Shown here in pieces: positions 19,473 to 28,519 of a DNA stretch of 64,000 nt. A model generated the notes under the pieces. It was not told the origin of the DNA. It made no database searches and saw only the letters and a list, made by a program, of their open reading frames with translations. Source of the DNA: a virus; the IMG/VR virus record IMGVR_UViG_2858635475_000003, positions 1,400 through 65,399 of that record; one strand, written 5' to 3'. The stretch's first letter is position 1, and each line of letters begins with the position of its first letter. The position numbers were made by a program, and so were the translations under genes.

Positions 19473-19751
19473 ATGACAACTATCCGCACCATAGACCCCG
19501 CCATTCGGGAACATATCACGGGCACGGCACGCGGGTTTGCCGCTCTTGGATTGCTGGCAGGCGCCGGCTTGGCGGCAATGCTGCCGGTCGTTCTGCCGCT
19601 TGAACGCGATCGCACTTATGACCTTGTACAAGTGTCGCCAGACGGCGAGTCCGATATCGTCGATTATAATTTGAGTGCGACGGATTGCGGTTTTCTGAAA
19701 GAACGCCTGCAGGCTGCCGGTTATGAAATGCTGTGCGAACGCACGCGCTAA
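19473..19751 (+). CDS. hypothetical protein
   Basis: Dyad motif plus GGGGA directly upstream of the ATG. Confidence 0.4.
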   Translation: MTTIRTIDPAIREHITGTARGFAALGLLAGAGLAAMLPVVLPLERDRTYDLVQVSPDGESDIVDYNLSATDCGFLKERLQAAGYEMLCERTR

Positions 19752-19772
19752 CAATCAACCATTTGGGGATTA

Positions 19773-20237
19773 ATGATCATGACGAAACAATCCTTTCCAC
19801 ACTTCGATTCCTTCGTTTGCGACGGCGACACTGTATCGCTTGAAATTGAGGGTTTCACCCTTACAGCCACAATCTACCGTGACGACGATTGCAGCGCGCC
19901 CAATAAGCGGCAAGACGGTTTCTGGCCGTCTCTTGATCCAAGTAATGACGGCTATATTGGCGCAAAGTCCAAATCAACGCTTGCCCGTCATATGGCGCGA
20001 GCCCGCGAAGTTTTGCGGTCATGGTGCGCTGATGAATGGTTTTATGTCGGCGTGGCCGTGACTGTCGAAAAAGACGGCGTGCAACTCACTGGCGACTATG
20101 ACCATGCGCTGTGGGGTATCGAATGCAATTACCCGTTTGGCCGCAATCCTAACCACTATCTGAGTTCAGTTGCGGACGATTATATCGGCGAAGCTCTTGA
20201 CGCGGCACGGGCAAAGATTGCCAAGTTGGCGGCGTAA
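19773..20237 (+). CDS. hypothetical protein
   Basis: Dyad motif plus GGGGA directly upstream; 154 aa. Confidence 0.5.
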   Translation: MIMTKQSFPHFDSFVCDGDTVSLEIEGFTLTATIYRDDDCSAPNKRQDGFWPSLDPSNDGYIGAKSKSTLARHMARAREVLRSWCADEWFYVGVAVTVEKDGVQLTGDYDHALWGIECNYPFGRNPNHYLSSVADDYIGEALDAARAKIAKLAA

Positions 20238-20256
20238 ATTATGGGGATTAACGACT

Positions 20257-20565
20257 ATGGACAAGCATCTCACACGTAATGAAAAGAAGCTCAAGAAATT
20301 GATGGAAGCGGCCCACAATGAGGCGCTTGGAATTTACATTGATGAGGCGCGCCGCGTATTGTGTCGTTGTGCAACACTCTCCCATCTGGTTGCCGCAATG
20401 GGTTCAGCTTTTTGGGTTGATAGAGACGGCGACATAATCCACGAAGAAAGCGACTTACCGGCAATCGCACGGCATTTCATGATGAACATGGAAGACACTT
20501 ATTACAGTTATTTTCGCTCACCTGGAATCAAGATTTATCGCGACCGCATCATAACGGACTGGTGA
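20257..20565 (+). CDS. hypothetical protein
   Basis: ATG at 20257 after a GGGGATTAAC box. Confidence 0.45.
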   Translation: MDKHLTRNEKKLKKLMEAAHNEALGIYIDEARRVLCRCATLSHLVAAMGSAFWVDRDGDIIHEESDLPAIARHFMMNMEDTYYSYFRSPGIKIYRDRIITDW

Positions 20566-20686
20566 GTTGCTCACCTAAAATCGTCACTCAATAATCAACA
20601 AACGGTTGACTAATGCATAACACTGTGAGATAACCGGAACAACGAAACAAGAGCGCGCCGCGCTGCCACACTGAGGAGTCAAGGGA

Positions 20687-21352
20687 ATGAGCAAACACCC
20701 GCTAGAAGCTGCGATTGAGGCCCACGGCATTACCATTAAGGCCGAATTCGTGCCGTTCTCAAAGTCGCGCAATGCCACGCGTGCCGACATAGACGGCAAG
20801 CCTTGGCTTTCGCTCAACTGGAAAGTGACGCTGCAGCGCAACGGGCGCGATATCCTTACAACGGATTACGGCGCGGGAGTCGCACATTGCCCCGGCTATG
20901 CCGCCAAGGTCGCGCCAACGCATTTTCAGGCTCACAGTTACCGCAATGCAAGCGGCAAGCCTTACCCCGGCACGACAAGCATGTATCGCACGGCAACCCC
21001 TGCAGAACGGCTTAATCAGTATCGGGAAGCGATTGCAGCGGCGGAATGTGAGTCGGGTTTCCCTATGGAAATCGATCCATGGGGTCGCGGTCCTGAAAAC
21101 GTCTTCAAGCGCAAAGCAAAGGGTGAACCGATTGAGCCCAAAGTTACGGACGTTGTGCATTCCCTCATCATGGATGCAAGCGTTCTCGATAGCGGCGGCT
21201 TTGAAGATTGGGCGGCTGATTTAGGATATGACACGGACTCGCGCAAAGCAGAGTCCACCTATCGGGAATGCCTAGAAATCGCGTTGAAGCTTCGGGCGGG
21301 GTTGGGCGAGGCCATCCTGTCTGAATTGCGGGAAGCCGCGCAAGATTATTGA
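20687..21352 (+). CDS. hypothetical protein
   Basis: 221 aa; dyad motif at 20591-20614. Confidence 0.5.
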   Translation: MSKHPLEAAIEAHGITIKAEFVPFSKSRNATRADIDGKPWLSLNWKVTLQRNGRDILTTDYGAGVAHCPGYAAKVAPTHFQAHSYRNASGKPYPGTTSMYRTATPAERLNQYREAIAAAECESGFPMEIDPWGRGPENVFKRKAKGEPIEPKVTDVVHSLIMDASVLDSGGFEDWAADLGYDTDSRKAESTYRECLEIALKLRAGLGEAILSELREAAQDY

Positions 21353-21384
21353 CCTATAAGTCAACTATTTGGGGATTTATCAAC

Positions 21385-21600
21385 ATGAAAAGACTCGATT
21401 ATTGGCAGGCCCGCACGTTGGCGTCGACATTCGGTTTCAATCCGCTCGAAGATTTCCACGCTATGAGCACGGCCAGCAAAGAAGCCGTCATTCGTGCGGC
21501 CGACTCGGTGAAATACCGCCAGCCCAAAAACTCAAACGGGAGTCGTGGGCGATACTTCGCTGCCTACATCCGCCGCCTTATCGAAAAAGGGGACATCTGA
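21385..21600 (+). CDS. hypothetical protein
   Basis: Motif GTCAACtatttGGGGAtttatcaacATG. Confidence 0.4.
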   Translation: MKRLDYWQARTLASTFGFNPLEDFHAMSTASKEAVIRAADSVKYRQPKNSNGSRGRYFAAYIRRLIEKGDI

Positions 21601-21601
21601 C

Positions 21602-22057
21602 ATGACAACCACTCTTGAAGCAATGCGCGCCGATAGTCCGGTTTCCGGTCACAGCGCCGAATGGCACTTTTTCCGCTCCTATGTCGGCACTGCCTTTTGG
21701 GCAACAAATGCCAATCCGGATGATTGGGAACCAATGGATCGCAACTATGATATCAGCGATCTAGCGCCCGCCACGCTCGAATCCATGCTTGCAGATTGCG
21801 CACGTTTCTATGACGCAAACAAAGCGCATATCCATTGCGATGGTGCACCATGGGCTACTGACGGCGACTATGGAACACAAGCCGCACGTGAAGCCGCCAT
21901 GGCAGGTCACGATTTTTGGCTAACCCGTTGCGGCCACGGTGCGGGCTTTTGGGATGGTGACTGGCCGGAACCGGCAGCGAGCGCGCTCACTGAGGCAAGT
22001 AAGGAATTCGGCAACGTCGATTTGTATGTCGGCGATGACGGGCAGATTTACGCCTGA
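21602..22057 (+). CDS. hypothetical protein
   Basis: AAGGGGA SD; 151 aa. Confidence 0.5.
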   Translation: MTTTLEAMRADSPVSGHSAEWHFFRSYVGTAFWATNANPDDWEPMDRNYDISDLAPATLESMLADCARFYDANKAHIHCDGAPWATDGDYGTQAAREAAMAGHDFWLTRCGHGAGFWDGDWPEPAASALTEASKEFGNVDLYVGDDGQIYA

Positions 22058-22085
22058 ATAGTCAACCTTTTGTGGAGATGAAAAC

Positions 22086-22310
22086 ATGTCATTCGATCCA
22101 AGATTTGAAGCGTATGCGCAACACGGCAAGGCGGGCGAACCAATGCGGACAGAACGTGTTGACGTGCGTTTACGCCCTTCCCCTGCCGGTCACTATCAGG
22201 TCAAGCTTTTCGGCCGTTGGTTGCGCTTGCGGACAGATAAAAACGGCAAGGGATACGTGCTTACGCAAGACGGCGAAATAGCAATCAACCTTGTGCGGAA
22301 TGACGCCTGA
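22086..22310 (+). CDS. hypothetical protein
   Basis: Motif AGTCAACcttttGTGGAGatgaaaacATG. Confidence 0.4.
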   Translation: MSFDPRFEAYAQHGKAGEPMRTERVDVRLRPSPAGHYQVKLFGRWLRLRTDKNGKGYVLTQDGEIAINLVRNDA

Positions 22311-22327
22311 AGCGGTGACGTTTGGTT

Positions 22328-22350
22328 AGGCGCGTTCCACGGCGCGCCCT
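22328..22350 (+). terminator. GC-rich hairpin (GGCGCG-ttccac-GGCGCGCC) after gene 22086..22310
   Basis: Inverted repeat followed by a T-containing stretch. Confidence 0.3.
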
Positions 22351-22375
22351 TCCTAATTTCACACGGGAGTCAGTG

Positions 22376-22555
22376 ATGACGAAAATTGAAAAGTGGGCTG
22401 CGCGTGTTTTTGATGACGCTAACCGCCTTCTAGCTGAAAAGATTTGTGTAGGTGAAGTGGTCGCACGAATTGAGGGAGATCGTCTGTTGAGACGGCAAAA
22501 TCCTAAGGCAAATGCGCGACTTTTCATTGCCCCAACAGGGGAATTTTTCGAATGA
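22376..22555 (+). CDS. hypothetical small protein
   Basis: GGGAG SD with an ATG at 22376. Confidence 0.35.
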   Translation: MTKIEKWAARVFDDANRLLAEKICVGEVVARIEGDRLLRRQNPKANARLFIAPTGEFFE

Positions 22556-23841
22556 CACACGCCATGCTCAACACAAAAACCGGAATCCCGCTCAATAAGG
22601 CAAACCGGCATGGCCTCATAACCGGCCAAACCGGAACCGGCAAAACCGTCTCACTGCAACGCCTCACTGAGCAATTCAGCAAGGCAGGCGTGCCAGTCTT
22701 TATCAGTGACGTGAAAGGCGACATTGCCGCTCTTTCGCGATCCTGCCCTACTCAGTTTCTTGACGTTTTCGGGCAAACCGGAAAGCCGCTCAAAGCGGCC
22801 ATTTCCGCCATGGGTGCGGACTTAATGGCGCGTGCCCTGGAATTGACGGATACACAATCCGGCGTGCTCGAAATAGCGTTTGCTTATGCCCGCGATAGCG
22901 GCGCACCGCTGGCCACGATTGCCGATCTGCGGCAATTGCTTTCTGCCATTTCTGAGGACTCGGATTATGTGAATCGGCAGTATGGCCAGATATCGAAAGC
23001 AAGCGTTGGCGTGATTATGCGCGCCCTGTTGCGCCTGGAAACACAAGGCGGCAACGCCTTTTTCGGCAATCCGCAATTCGACGTGGCGGCATTGCTGGAA
23101 ACGATAGAAGAAAAAGTGCAGTTGCCCAACTTCGCTAACGCATTTCACGGTCGTCCACGTTCGCCGGATATCACCTTAGTAACAGACCGACGCGGTCAAG
23201 TTTCCATCCTGCAGGCCGAACGCCTCATTAACTCGCCACGGGTTTACGCGGCCTTCCTGCTATGGCTTCTAACGGAGCTATGGGAACGCCTGCCGGAAAT
23301 AGGCGACATGGATAAGCCGCGACTCGTCATGTTCTTTGATGAGGCACACTTGCTTTTCAGTGAGATCAACCCTGCCCTGTTGCGGCGGATTGAGCAAACC
23401 GTGCGCCTCATCCGCTCCAAAGGCGTTGGCGTCTATTTCGTCACGCAATCCCCCGACGACGTGCCGCACGCCATTCGGGAACAACTGGCATTCCAGATTG
23501 TGCATGATCGTGCCTATCGTATCGGGCAAGCGCACGTTTCCGGTCTCACACAAGACGGCAGGCCGGTTAATCATGGCCTTGTTCAAATCGACTTGCCGGA
23601 ATGCCCGCTAGGCGCGTTGACGGACGACGAGAAACCCGCCGCGCCGGTCACAGTTGAACCCATGGCCGAAAAGCCGCAATGGGCGCGCATGGGCAAGCCA
23701 GAGATTGCGCTGTTACTTGTGATCCTGGTAGCAGGCGGGTTTGTGTCATATGGGCTTGTATGGGCATGGGCGGCCGGTACAATCGGCAAGCTTGCAGCAA
23801 TCGGTTTTGCCGTGGCAATCGCTGGTGTTTTGAGGGGGTGA
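22552..23841 (+). CDS. P-loop NTPase (HerA/FtsK/TraD- or Zot-like) with C-terminal double-TM anchor
   Basis: Walker A ITGQTGTGKT and Walker B LVMFFDEAH. C-terminal hydrophobic segments IALLLVILVAGGFVSYGLVWAWAAGTIGKLAAIGFAVAIAGVL. Confidence 0.65.
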   Translation: MTHAMLNTKTGIPLNKANRHGLITGQTGTGKTVSLQRLTEQFSKAGVPVFISDVKGDIAALSRSCPTQFLDVFGQTGKPLKAAISAMGADLMARALELTDTQSGVLEIAFAYARDSGAPLATIADLRQLLSAISEDSDYVNRQYGQISKASVGVIMRALLRLETQGGNAFFGNPQFDVAALLETIEEKVQLPNFANAFHGRPRSPDITLVTDRRGQVSILQAERLINSPRVYAAFLLWLLTELWERLPEIGDMDKPRLVMFFDEAHLLFSEINPALLRRIEQTVRLIRSKGVGVYFVTQSPDDVPHAIREQLAFQIVHDRAYRIGQAHVSGLTQDGRPVNHGLVQIDLPECPLGALTDDEKPAAPVTVEPMAEKPQWARMGKPEIALLLVILVAGGFVSYGLVWAWAAGTIGKLAAIGFAVAIAGVLRG

Positions 23842-23846
23842 GGGAA

Positions 23847-24116
23847 ATGACCTATAGGGTTAGATTCATCAATCCCGACTTCACTAGACCGCCTGCAACG
23901 AACGTGTTTTGTGCACGCTGTGAAAGGGATATAAAGGAAGGCAAGCCGCGCCGATATATCTGCTATGAATTCGAAACCATGTCTGCAGTTCATCCGGACG
24001 ATTGGGAAAAGGCCAGATTTTCGAATCCTGTTGAATTCGCTTTTGCAGTTCTGCCCGTGGGCATGGATTGCGCAAAACGTATCGGGTTAGATTGGACGAA
24101 AGAGAGCGCGGAATGA
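23847..24116 (+). CDS. hypothetical protein
   Basis: GAGGGGGTGAGGG SD. Confidence 0.4.
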   Translation: MTYRVRFINPDFTRPPATNVFCARCERDIKEGKPRRYICYEFETMSAVHPDDWEKARFSNPVEFAFAVLPVGMDCAKRIGLDWTKESAE

Positions 24117-24298
24117 TTATCAACGGACAAGTGAAACACCCTGCCAGCGATGGAACGTACCACGACTCATGGTTTGCCGCGTGGCGTCGGTCACTGTCAT
24201 ATAGCATTTTCATGGGAACCTATGACGGCAGGCCGGAGTCGTGCGGTTATGGCTGGAACAAGGAAACGGGAAAGCCGATGGATCGTCATAAGGAGTGA
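24113..24298 (+). CDS. hypothetical small protein
   Basis: ATGA-coupled. Confidence 0.4.
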   Translation: MIINGQVKHPASDGTYHDSWFAAWRRSLSYSIFMGTYDGRPESCGYGWNKETGKPMDRHKE

Positions 24299-24489
24299 TG
24301 AATATGGATGATGCATGGATTGAGGGCGCGAATGCTGCCTATGACGGTAAATCTCGCAGCGCTAACCCTTACAGTTCCGCTCATAGTTTTTCTAGAAAAG
24401 ACCTTTGGAATGAAGGCTGGCTTTATGCTGCAAAACGAATAGCGATTCGCAAAATTGAAAAAGAGCGTGGTATATCAGACGACACTTGA
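24295..24489 (+). CDS. hypothetical small protein
   Basis: Coupled ORF. Confidence 0.4.
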   Translation: MMNMDDAWIEGANAAYDGKSRSANPYSSAHSFSRKDLWNEGWLYAAKRIAIRKIEKERGISDDT

Positions 24490-24512
24490 CCGCCAATAAC
24501 CTGCAGCACAAT

Positions 24513-24540
24513 GGCCCGCCTTAGAGCGGGCTTTTTGTTG
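24513..24540 (+). terminator. rho-independent terminator GGCCCGC-cttaga-GCGGGC-TTTTTGTTG
   Basis: Stem, loop and U-tract read directly. Confidence 0.6.
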
Positions 24541-24845
24541 TCCGTAGACCTGATTTTTATCTGCCCACGGTACAGCCTTTTCGGTTCCGTTTTCAGCCGG
24601 AATCCCCATATCTGCAAAACCCGCCGTAGAAGGCCGCACAGCGCGATTCCCGCATTTGCGCCATAACCGGACTCGCAACCCGTGAAAGCGTTTTCTTGGT
24701 GTTGCCAGCGACAGATATGAGGGGATTTTGACAGGACGGAGCCCGCCGTTTTGGCCGAAAATCACGGTTCGAGAGCGACGGCAACCATTCCCGATCGACG
24801 ACGTGGAGGCTTTGCGACCAGGCGGCCGGCCCGATTTCCCGTTTT

Positions 24846-24894
24846 GACCCTAAATCTCCAAAATGATCCGCGACCCTAAAATTCCAAATAGATC
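24846..24894. repeat. two 24-bp direct repeats GACCCTAAA(T/A)(C/T)TCCAAA(A/T)(T/A)GATCC inside a 420-bp non-coding spacer
   Basis: Read directly. The spacer (24541-25114) contains no convincing ORF. Confidence 0.6.
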
Positions 24895-25026
24895 CACGGC
24901 TCGGAAAACTCAAACGCCCCGTGCCGGCGAAAACCGAAACGAGGCGTTCTGAGGGGTCATGGTGATAGGAGGCGGGGACCTGCCTTCCGAGACACGAGCA
25001 ACATACCAGAAACCGGATCGAGCGCA

Positions 25027-25077
25027 ACAACTGTTTGTGGATTTTCGCATTGACTTTATCAACAAAATGTTGATTAT
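25027..25077 (+). promoter_or_regulatory. tandem pair of dyad motifs (CAACtgtttGTGGATttt ; ATCAACaaaatGTTGATtat) upstream of the BRCT gene
   Basis: Representative of the motif family found at more than 30 gene starts. Confidence 0.5.
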
Positions 25078-25114
25078 CGGATTAAAGATTGAACGCGAGC
25101 CCGAGGAGTCGGCG

Positions 25115-26467
25115 ATGAGTGAGTTGGGAATTTACGAGGGGTGTTACGTCCATCTCCGGAAGGGTGACGTGGTCGGGCCCCTTACGAAGGATGAAAACGC
25201 AGACCCTCTATACCAGTGGAGGGGCCCAAACGGTTTGTCCTGGTCGTCATCCGGCAAAGTTCTGCTTTCGGAATACGAGTTCCCGAATGACATCGTCCGC
25301 GTGATGCCGAAAGACGCAATCAAGTTGACGATGTCCAAGACATACGGCGACTTCTCCAAGCTCGGCGACTTCTCCAAGCTCGGCCAAGCCACCATCCCGC
25401 CCCACGTCACCAAGGCCGCAATGGACGCCGGCATCAAGGCCGACCCTGCCTACGAGCATTTCGTGAATGCGATACTGACGGCTGGCTTCAAGGCGCAGTA
25501 TGAGATCGAGTTCGTGCCGGTGGGTGAGATTATAGAACTCGCAAAGAACCTCATTGACGCCATTGATATGGAGCCGAGAGAGGCGTGGGGTTGCCGCAAC
25601 GTCGAGAGACCGAAATGGGAACGTCAAGTTTACGGGCCTGCGATCCGTGCGCTGAAATCGGCGTTTGAAAAAATTCCCAAAAACGAATCTGAAAAAAGGA
25701 TTCCGGATTCCGAAAAACCCAAAGGGGGTCTGAGCGGTCTACCACTCGAAGGCGTGACCATCTGCTTCACCGGCAGCATGAACATGCCCGTCGATACGCA
25801 CAAAGGGATTGCGGAAGCTCTCGGTGCCAAGGTTTCCGGCAGCGTCCATTCGAACACCACGCTGGTCGTCTTCGGAGCGGGCGCTCAATCGAAGCTCGAC
25901 AAGGCTATTGCGCATGATCTTCCCCGGATGAGCGAGAAAGCCTGGTTGTGGCTCGCCGGTCTGCTCGGATACGGCAAGCCGGAACATGTGAGCCCATACG
26001 GGAAGATCGGCGCACCCATTTCCAGGGCCGGCGAGAAGGTGCTTTTCGAAGTCCTGAAGCAGCGGTCGCGGGCAGATATCCCATCGGTGCAGACGATCGA
26101 CGAAGCTATCAGAGCAGCAGTTCGGGAATGGCGTGATAATAACCCCGTGGCCGTGATTCCACCGTCCCATTACATCGCCAAGAAGGTCCATGCGGCGATG
26201 GCGTGTGCATCCGGCGAGGATGTCGTCCATCTCGTGGCGCCGGAAGGTTGGTATCTCCACGAGTGCAAGCACGAGCACACCCCGCACCGGTTTGCAGGAC
26301 AGACGGTGGCCCCCTCAGACCATCCCGGTGGCGCGTGGTCCGTCGATTTCCAGCGCATTCAAAATGGTGGGATGCTAACTGGTGGCCGTGGAAAGACTCT
26401 TGTCGAAGCCTGGCAGAACGCGGTGGCGGCAATCAAACTCGCTGAAGAACACGGGCTTGACATTTAA
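25115..26467 (+). CDS. BRCT domain-containing protein with GDFSKL tandem repeat
   Basis: BRCT-like block GVTICFTGSMNMP...LVVFGAGAQSKLDKA. An 18-bp exact tandem duplication (25346-25381) encodes GDFSKLGDFSKLG. Confidence 0.6.
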   Translation: MSELGIYEGCYVHLRKGDVVGPLTKDENADPLYQWRGPNGLSWSSSGKVLLSEYEFPNDIVRVMPKDAIKLTMSKTYGDFSKLGDFSKLGQATIPPHVTKAAMDAGIKADPAYEHFVNAILTAGFKAQYEIEFVPVGEIIELAKNLIDAIDMEPREAWGCRNVERPKWERQVYGPAIRALKSAFEKIPKNESEKRIPDSEKPKGGLSGLPLEGVTICFTGSMNMPVDTHKGIAEALGAKVSGSVHSNTTLVVFGAGAQSKLDKAIAHDLPRMSEKAWLWLAGLLGYGKPEHVSPYGKIGAPISRAGEKVLFEVLKQRSRADIPSVQTIDEAIRAAVREWRDNNPVAVIPPSHYIAKKVHAAMACASGEDVVHLVAPEGWYLHECKHEHTPHRFAGQTVAPSDHPGGAWSVDFQRIQNGGMLTGGRGKTLVEAWQNAVAAIKLAEEHGLDI

Positions 26468-26488
26468 ATCAACAAAAGAGTGATTTCC

Positions 26489-26812
26489 ATGTCGAGACTG
26501 TGCCCGCACTGCCAGAGACCGCTCAATTCGAGCCTTCCGATGGAAGTGATCAACGAGCTAGATGCGCTCGAATTGCAGAGAAAGCAGCGTGCCGTGCTCG
26601 ATGCACTGGTCTCATCGTATCCGCGCTTTGTCACCGCAGCCGATCTGGAACAGTGGATGTGGGACGACGTGGGTGAGGCCATTCCAAAGAGTGATACTGC
26701 GATCTCATCGCATGTCTCGAAGCTGAGGAAAACGCTTCAGAAGCTCGGCTTTGGGATCGAGGCAAAACGGTTTGTCGGTTTGCGGCTGACCATAAAGTCA
26801 ACCAAGAGGTGA
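26489..26812 (+). CDS. zinc-ribbon + OmpR/PhoB-type winged-helix DNA-binding protein
   Basis: CPHCQRP zinc ribbon, then a trans_reg_C-like fold (RKQRAVLDALVSSYPRFVTAADLEQWMWDD...HVSKLRKTLQKLGFGIEAKRFVGLRL). Confidence 0.6.
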   Translation: MSRLCPHCQRPLNSSLPMEVINELDALELQRKQRAVLDALVSSYPRFVTAADLEQWMWDDVGEAIPKSDTAISSHVSKLRKTLQKLGFGIEAKRFVGLRLTIKSTKR

Positions 26813-26815
26813 TTT

Positions 26816-27004
26816 ATGCGCATCAAGGGCAATACCATCGAATGGAAGGGTTCGCACCTGCGGCTGAAACGGTCTTACCGCGAGTGGGTAGTATGGTGCG
26901 GGCAGAAATGCATCGCGACCGGAAGAACCAAAGCTGAAACTGTTGAAAACCTTAGGGCCTACCTCAGCGAAGTTGAGCGCGGCAACAAGGTTCTTGGCCA
27001 CTAA
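26816..27004 (+). CDS. hypothetical small protein
   Basis: Motif CAACcaagagGTGATTTATG. Confidence 0.4.
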   Translation: MRIKGNTIEWKGSHLRLKRSYREWVVWCGQKCIATGRTKAETVENLRAYLSEVERGNKVLGH

Positions 27005-27025
27005 ATCAACTAAAAGGTGATTTTC

Positions 27026-27292
27026 ATGATCCCCGATCATCAGGTGGTAGCCAGAGAACTCGACGAAGTGCCGGCCGGTTACCGTGGGCTCGGCCGGTGC
27101 CTCAACTCCACACATCGAGCCTACCTGTTCGAATATTACGGGCATGAGGTGTGGATTCCCAAGCGATCACTCGTGAAGGCCGAGGGCGGGTTTTGGGGGC
27201 CAGCGTGGGCGATCGAGAGCAGCAAGAAACATCAATCAGGATTTATGGTGGACTATGACAAACAGAGACGAGATCAAACAAAGCGTCGATGA
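27026..27292 (+). CDS. hypothetical protein
   Basis: Motif AAATCAACtaaaaGGTGATTTTCATG. Confidence 0.4.
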   Translation: MIPDHQVVARELDEVPAGYRGLGRCLNSTHRAYLFEYYGHEVWIPKRSLVKAEGGFWGPAWAIESSKKHQSGFMVDYDKQRRDQTKRR

Positions 27293-27896
27293 GATGCTGG
27301 CCGGCTGGTTCAACGGCGAGCGTTATGACGTGGACCGCAACGACATCATTGAACTGGTGATGAAGCATTGCGTGGGTGCTGCTCCTCCCGCGCCATCCGT
27401 GGCCGTGAAGGCTTTGGAGTGGCGCGAGAATTGGGGCGGCTTCGATGATAATATAGTGGAGTGGTCCGCCGATACTCCTTGGGGGCGGGTTCGCGTTTCT
27501 GTGGCTGGTCATCGTGATGTGGATGGGCAACCGTACGCGCGCCATGCTGACGTTCCTCATAAACTGCGTGACAGATTGCAAGCCGATGCTCAAGCCGACT
27601 ATGAGGCCCGCATTCGCTCCGCCCTGTCCGCACAGGTGCAGGACGTGGCGGGTTCCATCATAAAACTTGGCACCTACGGCAGAGCATACGACCGACCGGA
27701 GGAGCGCAGGGCTTACACGTATGAGCATCAGCCGGGGAATATCGAAGCTTACAAGCTTGGACGTGCTTGTTCAGATATTCACTCTGGCGGCGATTGGATA
27801 GATCGAGGTCTCAACCTTCTCAATTCTCTACAGCGGGAAGGGTTTGGCGTCTTCGAACTCCCCGCAGCACCCGCAAAGCAGGACAAGCCGGATTGA
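27255..27896 (+). CDS. hypothetical protein
   Basis: 213 aa ORF. Confidence 0.5.
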   Translation: MTNRDEIKQSVDEMLAGWFNGERYDVDRNDIIELVMKHCVGAAPPAPSVAVKALEWRENWGGFDDNIVEWSADTPWGRVRVSVAGHRDVDGQPYARHADVPHKLRDRLQADAQADYEARIRSALSAQVQDVAGSIIKLGTYGRAYDRPEERRAYTYEHQPGNIEAYKLGRACSDIHSGGDWIDRGLNLLNSLQREGFGVFELPAAPAKQDKPD

Positions 27897-28123
27897 GCGA
27901 TAAAGACCGCCAGATCCGCAGGAAGAACGCGATCTACCGCAAGGGGCTTCACGAGGGTTACCGGCTCGGCCTGGCAGCCGCAGAACGCGAAGCCCAACTC
28001 TGCCACATGGCGTGGGACGGTACTGCCAGGGTGGCTGCAAGCGCACTGGCAGATCAGATCGGCAAACTGGGAGTATCGGAAGACGATATCCAACGCATGG
28101 TCGTCAGCCGGCACGACGACTGA
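27893..28123 (+). CDS. hypothetical small protein (TTG start, tentative)
   Basis: Open frame coupled to the upstream stop; no ATG. Confidence 0.25.
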   Translation: MSDKDRQIRRKNAIYRKGLHEGYRLGLAAAEREAQLCHMAWDGTARVAASALADQIGKLGVSEDDIQRMVVSRHDD

Positions 28124-28127
28124 GCCG

Positions 28128-28466
28128 TCAGTCCCGAGCCAATTTCCCGATGATCCAGTTGTTGTTCCCTTTGTTGCCGCACTTCATGCATCGCAGTTTC
28201 TGCCGCAGGTGAGTGAGATAAATGCCCGATCCGAAGCGCCGCATTAGGTCATTGCGGTCGAGCCACCCTTCCCGTTCGCAACGTGAACACCGCCCGCCGA
28301 ACACGTACCACTCGGGATAGGAATCGAGAGTTGGATAGAGGTCGCGGCTGACCGTCCCTTCGTAGATGACGCGAAAGGAATCCGGAACAAGGTTTATGCT
28401 GCGGCGGTGTTTCATGTTCTTATTTTGTTCGCAAGGCCAGTAAAGAGTCAAGACAGTCCGCTCCAT
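28128..28466 (-). CDS. Cys-rich zinc-ribbon protein on the opposite strand (moron candidate)
   Basis: CSRCEREG and CMKCGNKG pairs. Lower GC than its neighbours. Antisense to the surrounding cluster. Confidence 0.45.
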   Translation of the reverse strand: MERTVLTLYWPCEQNKNMKHRRSINLVPDSFRVIYEGTVSRDLYPTLDSYPEWYVFGGRCSRCEREGWLDRNDLMRRFGSGIYLTHLRQKLRCMKCGNKGNNNWIIGKLARD

Positions 28467-28519
28467 CTTGACAATATCCACAAATAGTTGATTATCGAAA
28501 TCGAAGGTAAGGAAGAAAC

